A program made the translations under genes and the position numbers. 64,000 bases of DNA, taken from assembly GCF_036588685.1 (NCBI RefSeq), contig NC_086380.1, positions 1,488,001 through 1,552,000 on the forward strand, in the 5' to 3' direction. Every line of letters starts with the position of its first letter. Within the stretch, counting starts at the first letter, position 1. Source of the stretch: Mytilus trossulus (lineage: Eukaryota). Under the pieces are notes generated by a model. That model was not told the DNA's origin. It did no database searches and saw nothing but the letters and a program-made list of their open reading frames with translations. Positions 1 to 12,066 of this stretch are shown here, in pieces.

Positions 1-304
1 CAGCGATGTACTACAGTTTCCTTTACTTTTGAACATTACAGAAGAAAAATTGTGGTCTTGGATAAAGAATTAAATGCATTCCTGTCAGTCAGGGATACTA
101 CTAGTACTATAATACAAGTCATGTTTATTTACTTTTAAGGATAAAAGTTATTTATTTAATTTCAAGGTTTGAATTTTCTTAGAAAAAGTTTTTTTTTACA
201 ACCATTGACAATTATTAAATTCTCAAGTGTGTCATTTTTCATGTTTGCTAATTATCTCACATAGTTCTGCCCTGTAATGGTGTCATTTTAGTGAATATAC
301 TTAC

Positions 305-2319
305 ACCTTCTAAATCTCCCCACCATTGATTAAAATCTGTAAACGACAATATTCCATCTTTACTATGGACTGACTGGTTTCTGTACCATTTAACTCTGGC
401 AAGGTCTGCGCCTGTACTGATATCATTTGGATGTGGTAAATTATCCCAGCCAGTAACAGGGGCAGATTCACGTGGTAGCAAGTTCCGTAAAAGGCAAACA
501 ATCAGAGTTGTATCAAACTCTGCTGAAGTACCTGTTTGGCCTGAAACAGATATCATATAATTATATCATGAGGGTGAGGTCATCAGTTATCCCAGCTTGT
601 TACAGGGACAGACTCAGGTTCTGTAAAAGGCAGATAATCATTGTTATACATGTATTGAAGTCTTCTGATCTAACAATAGTTGTTACAATAAATCATATTA
701 TAATAATGATAAGTAAGACCCCTTTTTGGCCCCAAAATATAGTAGTTTTAACAAAATTGTTTGGAATATTTGGTAGATTTTTCATATTTGAGCTTGAATC
801 GGATCGTTTTTAATGTCTTAATCAGTTAAAATCTTTCACAGAAACTAATTGATTCAAATGAAATAGACACTTAAGTGATCAAAAAGTGGTCAAAATCTTT
901 CGTCAAATGAACCTGAAATTTGAGGCCAAAATCGGTCCTTACTGGAACTACTCCTTTCATAACAAGTGAGATTAGGATAAATTTCATTTCAAAATAATAA
1001 TAAATAGACAAGACTGACTGCATCCTATTTCAAATAAATTTAAACAGGGGCATATTCATTTAGCCTTTAAGATTGTCCATAATGAAATCCAATTTGACAA
1101 AAGAAGAATTGAAGTTTGAAAATGCCAACATTTAATATACTATTGAGGATATCACAAAGTAGTTTGTTGTGAACTTTGAAAGTCATCATTGGCCTAGTGA
1201 GTCATGTGAGTAGCTAATGAAAATATCATGTTGCATGCAGGTTAAGCCAACTTAATCAAAACATTCTTTTTATTTCGTTTCACTTATTATACCACACTTT
1301 CTTCAAAGTGATAAAAATGATCTCCTTATTTGAAAAATAGAAAAAAAACCTACAAGACTTTATAACTTTACAAGAATACATTTTAAAGACATAATCCTGA
1401 TACCCCCCAGCCCAACTAACCCCCCCCCCCCCCCCCCCCCCGTTTTGGAAGATCAAGGCATTTGGATGGGGACATATGGTTGGAACTCTCCCTTTGATCT
1501 TTATTTGGTTGGGAATCTCCCCTTTTGAAAATGGCTGGATCCACTCCTGAGCTCTCATTTGAAGATCTTTGAACTTGTGTGTTTTTTTTATATACAATAA
1601 GGGTCATCTGGTTCACCTTAATCACAAGATGATTGATTGATTGTTGGTTCCTTAACATCCAGTGGCAAATGTTTCATGCATGTTCAGGACGAGAAAAAGT
1701 TAACATTTCTTTAGTTTTCTATGTTGTGTCATGTGTACTATTGTTTTTCTGTTTGTCTTTTTCATTTTTAGCCATGGCGTTATCAGTTTGTTTTAGATTT
1801 ATGAGTTTGACTGTCCCTTTGGTATCTTTCGTCCCTCTTTTAACAATAAATACAGAGTTATAGAGGCAATCTGAAATGATGGTCAGGGAATTATGGACAG
1901 CAACTGTAAAATAGTGGTATTTTGGATAGGGACAAAATAAATGCCTTGAAACAGGCAATCTATGGACCCCTTAAAGATTTATTGCAATGGTTCTTAATCA
2001 TGTTAATGTGCAGAGAGCATTTAATTAAGCACTATCTTTATACACAAGGCATGGTCCCCGTTGAAGCATTCTGACCAGACAACATTTATCACAAGAACAT
2101 ACATAGCTAAAACATACCAGGACTTGGATATAAAATATTCAGTTGCAATTTTGTCATAAAACGGAGGCCTCTCAAGGTCACAGAACTTTTGTTAAGTTCA
2201 CTGGCAAGTCCTGCTGGAGGATGGACATAATCAAAATATACCCTGACAGCCTTTGTGGCAATCTTAAGATTCAGGAAGTAAAACCTGAAGAAATTTGACT
2301 CTTCTTCTGTTAGACTCAT
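305..2319 (-). CDS. DZIP3/hRUL138-like HEPN-domain protein, 5' part only (coding exons 2319-2118 and 540-305; continues beyond the window start)
   Basis: Exons join in frame via GT-AG (CCTG|gtatgt at 2118; tttcag|GC at 540; GGT|gtaagt at 305). The protein MSLTEEESNFFRF...FDTTLIVCLLRNL...GWDNLPHPNDISTGADLARVKWYRNQSVH fits the DZIP3-type HEPN pattern and has an R-x4-H motif. Confidence 0.8.
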
Positions 2320-5255
2320 GTTGTTTCTCTAGTAGTATCTCCTTTACTTAATATCTTTAATCTGTTTATATTGGTTTATATTGCTCCCTACAGTGTTGCC
2401 CTCCATCACTATAGCTATTGTCTACAACTACATCTTTGTTCTGCTTGTATTGGTTTCTATTGCTAGAGCTGCCCTTGACATCCTGTTGTCAGTGTCTACA
2501 CTACATCTTTTCTTTCAGAATCGACCTGTAACATGTGTAATAGAACAGACTAAAATATATAAAATATCCCGTCAATCTGTCCGTATCTGTCAATATCGTA
2601 CACTAGGAGATGTAAAGATCGGCTTGTTTCGAGGCTAAGGCGTTTTCACACCTGTGGTTTAAATGTTAGGATAATGGATAGATGGGTGCCAATATTTCAG
2701 CCTGCATATTTATGTAATAGCTGCCGCTGTACATATGCAGGCTGAACTGATTAATGTTTATGTTATATGTTTATATGATATGAATGTGTTCAGCTTTTAC
2801 AAAACCTGAACGATAAGTTGGATGTTAAGGTTTACCTTATATGGCCTTTTTAAATTTATTTGACTTTATTGGCATTTTTAGAACTGAAATCAATGATACA
2901 AGGCAATATATGATCGTCATGCAATCAATAAAAGATGGGAAAAAAATGTCCAAAGTTGTGACTGAAGCACTCTGTGGATCTACCTTCATCAAGAACGTTT
3001 AAAGCTGAATATTTGAAGGCCAGCAATTTATAAAGAACCAAAATAGTTGATTAAAAGGTTAAAGATGATGGTTTAAAAGGTACATGCATCTGCCGACATG
3101 ATTGCAGAAAGTAAAGAAGTCGTAGAGCAAATTTTTTAACAATAAAATTTAAGCTTATGTAACGTGTAACCGGACGATCAATGGATCTGTATCTGAATAA
3201 ATCAGGATTTCAAGTGTTCAACTCAATTTTTCACCACATTCAGTTGTCCTATTCAAAACAATTAACACATCCTTAAATTGATTCACAACAAAAACTATAT
3301 ACACAGCACAATGCACATAAATCAAAATGCAAGGTGAAGTAACTTATTCACAATGCATAAACACACTGTATCATAACAGAATATATATACACAATGTCAC
3401 TATGTTATCATTATGCAACATGTATCAGACCGATTTATTCACAATGTCACTAACGTATTACTATGCAACATGCATACGGCCCTTTATTACACCATGTCAC
3501 CAACAGATTACTTTGCAACATGCATCAAGTAAGTATTACACAAAACGTATGAACACAAAATCGCATATACACAACTTCTATTTACAATGTTCACCAATAT
3601 TTAATATCACCTTGTTAATCTGCAACTAACCACAATAACACAATGACACATTTACACTTGCACTAATCCTTCAATGCACAAGGAATATATAATCATATAA
3701 ACACAGCTGAACTCACGCACTAACTATCCCTTTGAGTTCCCACACAATGCATATTATCCAACTGGTAAGGTTTAACACAATGCACTTTCACGAATACACT
3801 TCCACAATATTACAACTTGCAACACCAGCAAGTAAACACCTTGTATTATCACTAATACAAATCTATGAAGTATTCACACTTCCACATAGTACAACTTGCA
3901 ACACCAGCAAGTATACACCTTGTATTCTCATTAATACAAATCACTTATATATATATCAGATTCACTTTAAATATCCTTTGGAATCACTTATTTCACTCTA
4001 CTTACCAGTTGGAATATTTAATCCTGATGTTATCACTTCAACGGTCCACATAAAACTGACAAAGTTTCTCTGTCTTGAGCTGCCTTATATACTACGATAT
4101 GGAACGGTCCATTATACAAGAAGGGGTGAAAATCAAGACTATACCAAAATTAGGGGTGTTTTAAGTAATAGATGGTGCTCCAACTATGGAGAAACTTGTA
4201 TACATATAGAAACACAATTAACAGGGAAAGACAACTGGAGTTTCACATAAAAATAAATATACTATGACCGATTTTCGTTACACTACCCACGCCTCAAAAA
4301 TCATGCGTCCTCGCATGACTCCTTGAATATATCTGACATGCTGATAAATCATCTATCAAAGTGGTCATTTTTCATACCCAAACTCTTACCATAGTGCAGT
4401 CACTATTTCCATTGGACATATCTGCTGACCACAACGCCAGCCTACCATTTTGTCCATCAGGTCTTAACTGATGACATCACAAGGCACAACCCGTAGAAAC
4501 AAAGTCTACCTATGTCCTAATTCCTGTCAGCCATATCAAAACACATTAAACTTTCTTCTTATGAACAAACACTATTCACAGTATATTTCTCCTTTTGTCC
4601 GAATAAAACTTTTCAAAACTTTTCACTTCAAAATATCCCTTTTTCCACACATTAACCACTTTCCTAATAACGTCTGTAATTTACAGTGTCACTGCCAAAG
4701 AATATATTGAAACGGTCCCTAACAAATTTTGCCTCTGCAGTGGCCCTAAGGAGCCTACTCTTAACAAAATCTGCAGGAGGGGTCTTTTACATGCACAGGG
4801 CGTGACATGTTCCTGTACATGGGGCCTCGGATTTAACGTCCCCATCCGACGGACTCAAATTTAACTATGTACACTATATACACTACAAAACTATCTATAT
4901 ACACATATACATTGATCCTTTACCCCCAAAATGCTTCTTCTTTTCAGGCTCACGGTTACTTTCTTCCAAACACTACAGTATATCTTATTAATTCAACACC
5001 ATCTTTAATTCCTGAATCATTTTCCTTTTGTAAAGAATAAGAGGATGAATTTGCACAAAAATTTGTCTGAAACAATATTCCAATTTTTCAATTTCACTTG
5101 ATGTCCAATTTCCAAATCAAACAGATTTTCTGCCATTTCAACTGACTAAATGTTCCTTCTTACTAAAATGTACAAGACTTTGACTAAAACACAACTATCA
5201 TATTACAACTGGTTCAATCATATAAATATTTACAGTAGCAAAATCAACACATGAA

Positions 5256-5274
5256 ATCCCACCGCTTGCCACCA
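5256..5274 (-). promoter_or_regulatory. Primer-binding site, tRNA-Leu type (second copy at 7324-7342)
   Basis: TGGTGGCAAGCGGTGGGAT lies 4 nt inside the LTR. It is complementary to the tRNA-Leu 3' end (...AUCCCACCGCUGCCACCA) with a 1-nt insertion. Confidence 0.85.
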
Positions 5275-8265
5275 AATTTGTAACGTGTAACCGGACGATC
5301 AATGGATCCGTATCTGAATAAATCAGGATTTCAAGTGTTCAACTCAATTTTTCACCACAATCAGTTGTCCTATTCAAAACAATTAACACATCCTTAAATT
5401 GATTCACAACAAAAACTATATACACAGCACAATGCACATAAATCAAAATGCAAGGTGAAGTAACTTATTCACAATGCATAAACACACTGTATCATAACAG
5501 AATATATATACACAATGTCACTATGTTATCATTATGCAACATGTATCAGACCGATTTATTCACAATGTCACTAACGTATTACTATGCAACATGCATCAAG
5601 TAAGTATTACACAAAACGTATGAACACAAAATCACATATACACAACTTCTATTTACAATGTTCACCAATATTTAATATCACCTTGTTAATCTGCAACTAA
5701 CCACAATAACACAATGACACATTTACACTTGCACTAATCCTTCAATGCACAAGGAATATATAATCATATAAACACAGCTGAACTCACGCACTAACTATCC
5801 CTTTGAGTTCCCACACAATGCATATTATCCAACTGGTAAGGTTTAACACAATGCACTTTCACGAATACACTTCCACAATATTACAACTTGCAACACCAGC
5901 AAGTAAACACCTTGTATTATCACTAATACAAATCTATGAAGTATTCACACTTCCACATAGTACAACTTGCAACACCAGCAAGTATACACCTTGTATTCTC
6001 ATTAATACAAATCACTTATATATATATCAGATTCACTTTAAATATCCTTTGGAATCACTTATTTCACTCTACTTACCAGTTGGAATATTTAATCCTGATA
6101 TCACTTCAACGGTCCACATAAAACTGACAAAGTTTCTCTGTCTTGAGCTGCCTTATATACTACGATATGGAACGGTCCATTATACAAGAAGGGGTGAAAA
6201 TCAAGACTATACCAAAATTAGGGGTGTTTTAAGTAATAGATGGTGCTCCAACTATGGAGAAACTTGTATACATATAGAAACACAATTAACAGGGAAAGAC
6301 AACTGGAGTTTCACATCAAAATAAATATACTATGACCGATTTTCGTTACACTACCCACGCCTCAAAAATCATGCGTCCTCGCATGACTCCTTGAATATAT
6401 CTGACATGCTGATAAATCATCTATCAAAGTGGTCATTTTTCATACCCAAACTCTTACCATAGTGCAGTCACTATTTCCATTGGACATATCTGCTGACCAC
6501 AACGCCAGCCTACCATTTTGTCCATCAGGTCTTAACTGATGACATCACAAGGCACAACCCGTAGAAACAAAGTCTACCTATGTCCTAATTCCTGTCAGCC
6601 ATATCAAAACACATTAAACTTTCTTCTTATGAACAAACACTATTCACAGTATATTTCTCCTTTTGTCCGAATAAAACTTTTCAAAACTTTTCACTTCAAA
6701 ATATCCCTTTTTCCACACATTAACCACTTTCCTAATAACGTCTGTAATTTACAGTGTCACTGCCAAAGAATATATTTAAACGGTCCCTAACAAATTTTGC
6801 CTCTGCAGTGGCCCTAAGGAGCCTACTCTTAACAAAATCTGCAGGAGGGGTCTTTTACATGCACAGGGCGTGACATGTTCCTGTACATGGGGCCTCGGAT
6901 TTAACGTCCCCATCCGACGGACTCAAATTTAACTATGTACACTATATACACTACAAAACTATCTATATACACATATACATTGATCCTTTACCCCCAAAAT
7001 GCTTCCTCTTTTCAGGCTCACGGTTACTTTCTTCCAAACACTACAGTATATCTTATTAATTCAACACCATCTTTAATTCCTGAATCATTTTCCTTTTGTA
7101 AAGAATAAGAGGATGAATTTGCACAAAAATTTGTCTGAAACAATATTCCAATTTTTCAATTTCACTTGATGTCCAATTTCCAAATCAAACAGATTTTCTG
7201 CCATTTCAACTGACTAAATGTTCCTTCTTACTAAAATGTACAAGACTTTGACTAAAACACAACTATCATATTACAACTGGTTCAATCATATAAATATTTA
7301 CAGTAGCAAAATCAACACATGAAATCCCACCGCTTGCCACCAAATTTGTAACGTGTAACCGGACGATCAATGGATCCGTATCTGAATAAATCAGGATTTC
7401 AAGTGTTCAACTCAATTTTTCACCACAATCAGTTGTCCTATTCAAAACAATTAACACATCCTTAAATTGATTCACAACAAAAACTATATACACAGCACAA
7501 TGCACATAAATAAAAATGCAAGGTGAAGTAACTTATTCACAATGCATAAACACACTGTATCATAACAGAATATATATACACAATGTCACTATGTTATCAT
7601 TATGCAACATGTATCAGACCGATTTATTCACAATGTCACTAACGTATTACTATGCAACATGCATCAAGTAAGTATTACACAAAACGTATGAACACAAAAT
7701 CACATATACACAACTTCTATTTACAATGTTCACCAATATTTAATATCACCTTGTTAATCTGCAACTAACCACAATAACACAATGACACATTTACACTTGC
7801 ACTAATCCTTCAATGCACAAGGAATATATAATCATATAAACACAGCTGAACTCACGCACTAACTATCCCTTTGAGTTCCCACACAATGCATATTATCCAA
7901 CTGGTAAGGTTTAACACAATGCACTTTCACGAATACACTTCCACAATATTACAACTTGCAACACCAGCAAGTAAACACCTTGTATTATCACTAATACAAA
8001 TCTATGAAGTATTCACACTTCCACATAGTACAACTTGCAACACCAGCAAGTATACACCTTGTATTCTCATTAATACAAATCACTTATATATATATATCAG
8101 ATTCACTTTATACATTGTATCACAATCACTATTGCAACATCCACATATAAATCCAAACACTATTTATATATCCTTTGGAATCACTTATTTCACTCTACTT
8201 ACCAGTTGGAATATTTAATCCTGATGTTAACACTTCAACGGTCCACATATAACTGACAAAGTTTC

Positions 8266-8896
8266 ATATATATGGAAGTGTTTAACGACCTTGACTGGCT
8301 TTTCAGCCCTCGCACGGTCGGCTCGGTGCCGCGAAGACGATTTGTGAGCATTTAAATATTTTGTGCCGTGGGTCAGGAACGGGTAGCAAAGGACGCCGAA
8401 TGGAGGCCGCCATCTTGGTTTTGGTGAGCTGATTTTACTTTTTGACTATTTTTGTTGTTTTCTTTACTTCACAACGGCTGCTTTCAGGGCCAGTTTGGTC
8501 AGCTTGGCAGCCCGCTAGCCTCGATGATGGAGTACTGGTAGATGAATCGTGGACGTAGTTCTAAGATGACAGGAAGCGTTATCAGGACCAAAGCCCTGAG
8601 GCAGTGAAATGTAGGTCGTATCACCCAACAGCCTAGGATACAGCCCTCGGACGTTAATCGGCATGACACTCCCCATAATAGACAATGGTTTTGGAGGCAT
8701 GTTAACGCGGGTACGCCAACTACTACGTCTCTCTGTACGGCATGGATTGGTTTCTGTCATCTTAGTAGTATGTCGTTGACCATCTAGCAATAAACCCTCA
8801 TCGAAGATAGGGGGTAAAGGAGAGCTGACCCAGCACGTTCGTTCAGCTGTAAGGACTGAGACGTGACTGAATGAATGAATGATGAATGAATGAATG
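8266..8896 (+). mobile_element. 631-bp non-autonomous non-LTR retroposon inserted in the third LTR
   Basis: 11-bp TSD GACAAAGTTTC at 8255-8265 and 8897-8907; the empty site is visible in the other two LTRs. (GAAT)n 3' tail, GC-richer than the flanks, no recognisable Pol III A/B boxes. Confidence 0.85.
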
Positions 8897-9665
8897 GACA
8901 AAGTTTCTCTGTCTTGAGCTGCCTTATATACTACGATATGGAACGGTCCATTATACAAGAAGGGGTGAAAATCAAGACTATACCAAAATTAGGGGTGTTT
9001 TAAGTAATAGATGGTGCTCCAACTATGGAGAAACTTGTATACATATAGAAACACAATTAACAGGGAAAGACAACTGGAGTTTCACATCAAAATAAATATA
9101 CTATGACCGATTTTCGTTACACTTATACACATGTATTGAGCCATTTCATTGCTTAAAGTACAGTAGAAATATATATACATACTAGGAGTTGGTCAGTTTT
9201 CACTGTTACTCTTAAATGATGCCCCGATGAGAAAACCAAATAGTTCTGAATCATTTGAATTATTGATCTGAAACGCTATAAAGCTTAATATGTTAGGGAT
9301 TTTTTAAAACATAAATCAACTTGTATGATGCCCGTTTGAATAGGTTTTTTTTCAAAAGATACAAAACCTTAAAACTTTCAACTCAAGATACTGTTATCTC
9401 GTGGTAATGATCCAATTCTTTCTTTTTTTTTAAATATGACTTTAGATTATTAAATTTATTTTGCAATTGAAAATGATTTGATATATTTCGTGCCTTAGCT
9501 TCTATAAATAGGTAACAATATCATCATCAAAGCTGTACAGGCATCTTGTTTTAAAATGAATTTTCTTTTTTTGAGAAATTTTTATTTAGTTATTCAATTT
9601 TTCACCACTTACAACTGTCATGACTGTCTGCCTCTGGTTTTATTTTATACATTAACTTTTAAGTA

Positions 9666-10446
9666 CTGTAAATTCAGAAATTATTGCATGCATTTATTAT
9701 TGCGATTTAGTCATGTTAGACTTAAAAGCGATTTTAATTTTTACATTTTTGAGAAAAATCCTGTTAAATTCATATTAAATATTTCAAACTGCAAGTTAAA
9801 GTCATAAGAAACCTCAAATCAAAAAAAATAATGCATATGTTTTTTGTAACTCAATGGATAGTTTTCATTATAAAACTTATGTACATAATACTTTTCTGAA
9901 GAAAATTCTTTAATTTATCCATATTTAGAAGAAGTTTACTTTATTTTAATTGCTTGCTTCCAGCAACCAATTCCCCCGACATATTTTCCGTATGCAAAGT
10001 GACCTCAGTGTGACCCATCTCGTAAAAATCCGGTGATCACAATACGCATTGATGTCCTTAAAATAAACTATTATCTGAATTCACATGTGAAACACGTGCT
10101 CTCTTTCCATGCTTTTTTGTTTATTTTTTGTCGATTGTTGACAAACAGGTGACCATCGTTAAACTTCGGCTTCAAAACACGAACTTTAATTACCTGCCAT
10201 ATTTACACAACAACACTGACCGATTGAAAAAAGAAATTGACGATTATACGAAATTTACACGAAAAAAATGAAAAATTCGTGCACAGAAGACTAAGTTTAT
10301 GATGTGTGTATGCATTGGTTCAAGAATTGGAAGAACATATTTTTTCACCGGTCACTCGTTTCTTATGACTTTAAAATTATTGCGTTTACAACTCAGTCGC
10401 ATTTCTCGCAATAATAAAAACCTCGCATTAATTTCTGAATTTACAG
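9666..10446. mobile_element. Tc1/mariner-type MITE (TA TSD) containing a nested MITE
   Basis: TIR CTGTAAATTCAGAAATTA / TAATTTCTGAATTTACAG, flanked by TA on both sides. Confidence 0.75.
9800..10370. mobile_element. MITE with TTAA TSD (Kolobok/piggyBac-type)
   Basis: TIR AGTCATAAGAAAC / GTTTCTTATGACT; TTAA at 9796-9799 and 10371-10374. Confidence 0.75.
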
Positions 10447-10573
10447 TATCTGTATTTTTTCATGACATTTTGCTTTGTTTCGTTCTGCTTTTATTTTGTT
10501 TCAGACAAAGTTTACAGGTACCCCTTTTTTCGTCCTTTTTTTATTTTTTAAAAAGCAACCCATGGGTTAAAAG

Positions 10574-10760
10574 TTCAAATATTATTATTCAAAACTGAGG
10601 TTTATCCAATTCAAATATTATTATTCAAAACTGAGGTTTATCAAATTCAAATATTATTATTCAAAACTGAGGTTTATCAAATTCAAATATTATTATTCAA
10701 AACTGAGGTTTATCAAATTCAAATATTATTATTCAAAACTGAGGTTTATCAAATTCAAAT
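10574..10760. repeat. 36-bp minisatellite, about 5 copies
   Basis: TTCAAATATTATTATTCAAAACTGAGGTTTATCAAA repeated contiguously with no spacers. Confidence 0.95.
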
Positions 10761-10977
10761 GTTAACCTTACTATTAAACCCCTTTTTGGTTTTATGAAAC
10801 AAAGACTAATTAACCAGGGTTTAAACTTTTCAGGAACAACATGCAAATATTTCAGCATTTCCAAAATTAACATTTTTCCAGAGTGTTTGACAAAATGAGT
10901 GAACAGGCAAGTTATGTAGTTGATGAGTTGATGCTTTAACATTTTTAAGAAATAGATCAAATCGATCAGATGGATCA

Positions 10978-11178
10978 TTGTGTAAATTAAGAGTTAGTGC
11001 TCATAACCTTGCCATTGAAAGAGGAAGATGTTTAAAAGTGCCAAGAGATCAAAGAATTTGTGAAATCTGTAAAAGTGTCAAAATTGAAAATGAACAGCAC
11101 ATGCTGCTTCACTGCAGAGGTTACTCCAGCAGAGACTTTTGTATTAAAAATGTTCAAAATTACCGGAAAAAAATATAG
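10978..11178 (+). pseudogene. Degenerate LINE ORF2 C-terminal fragment (CCHC zinc knuckle)
   Basis: KLRVSAHNLAIERGR...RICEIC...IENEQHMLLHC is typical of the C-terminus of non-LTR retrotransposon ORF2. No upstream RT ORF is visible. Confidence 0.7.
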
Positions 11179-11570
11179 CCACATATACATGATATAGATA
11201 CATTTACATAGTGCTATAAAAATAAAATAAATCTTACACTTAATAATACATCTTACATGTCTTAAACGGCACTAAAACTATTTTCTTTTGTAACAAATTG
11301 TTTAAACATGTTAAATGCAAGAAGTAATCTATTGCATTAGATTGTCATTATACCTTTAATTTTTTACTCACATATATATAACTGTTTGTATTTTACTACC
11401 ATGTATTGTAAATTGTTTATTAATTCAGTCATTACCAATAATGCGTTTGTGCCAATATTAAGTTAAACATATCTAGGGAAGTTCGTCCGAATCGAACATG
11501 ACGTCACACTGTCTACTGTTTATCTAAATCAGAAACTTAAAAAAAATCTAACTTTCAAAAAGCAAAATAG

Positions 11571-11633
11571 TAGCCTGGGGTCCTGGCTAATCTTGTCACG
11601 ACGCGCAGCTAGATTGGGCCTGATCCCAGGCTA
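11571..11633. mobile_element. 63-bp palindromic mini-element (Academ-like termini)
   Basis: TAGCCTGGG...CCCAGGCTA termini, flanked by a 9-bp near-duplication GCAAAATAG / GCGAAATAG. Confidence 0.55.
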
Positions 11634-12066
11634 GCGAAATAGCAAAATTACATGTTAGATATAGTACTTTTGAAGTTTGATAAAATATCTAAACTATCAC
11701 ATTAAAAAAACGCTATATAGAATTTGAAATTTTTGATGTTTGATAAAAATTCCAAAAATTTGAAATCTTTTTAAAACTTTGAATTGATAAGTGTTACACG
11801 GATCAATTACCCAATGATATGTTGATAAAATGACCTTCCTCTGTTCTACAAGAATTATTTCTCGTAGTTTTTTACTGTTTTACTTCCTAAGTTTCTACTT
11901 TCGTTTTCGAATATACTGGTACTCTGGTATTTTATATAAAAGGAAAACAGCAAATGTGGCAGCGACCCAGACTATAATTTCTCACGGTCAGATGAGTGTT
12001 TTACGCCAGTTCAGATTTTGGTTTTTGACCAAGTTCTGATTTCACTTTGAAGTAAACGTTTGTAAA

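Larger units (their letters stand above)
3158..9121 (-). mobile_element. Non-autonomous LTR retrotransposon (TRIM/LARD-like) in tandem: LTR 3158-4282, internal 4283-5278, LTR 5279-6350, internal 6351-7346, LTR 7347-9121
   Basis: Each LTR starts TGTAACG and ends CGTTACA. A 4-bp TSD CTTA lies at 3154-3157 and 9122-9125. The two 996-bp internal regions are near-identical and lack gag/pol. PBS and a purine-rich PPT-like tract (GAGGCGTGGGTAG) are on the minus strand. Confidence 0.9.

Noticed and set aside
1420-1441. Poly-C/poly-G runs (also about 14500-14520)
   Set aside because: Simple homopolymers within dispersed repeats, with no evidence of function.
4283-4295. PPT-like tract GAGGCGTGGGT matching an internal tRNA-Leu sequence
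   Set aside because: Only 11 nt and in the position expected for a PPT; it cannot be distinguished from coincidence.
4468-4506. CTGATGA...GAAAC hammerhead-like core in the LTR-element internal region
   Set aside because: No stem II closing pair or convincing stems I/III, and it is antisense to the element.
3732-8218. Repeated 172/173/115-aa ORFs (MSSHTMH...)
   Set aside because: They lie inside LTRs, antisense to the element, start at TTG, have no recognisable domain and are broken in the third copy.
8515-8958. 147-aa minus-strand ORF over the structured insert
   Set aside because: It crosses the insertion boundary and the microsatellite tail and has no recognisable domain.
10574-10760. 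36-bp repeats resembling a CRISPR repeat in length
   Set aside because: The units are contiguous with no unique spacers, there are no cas genes, and the context is eukaryotic.
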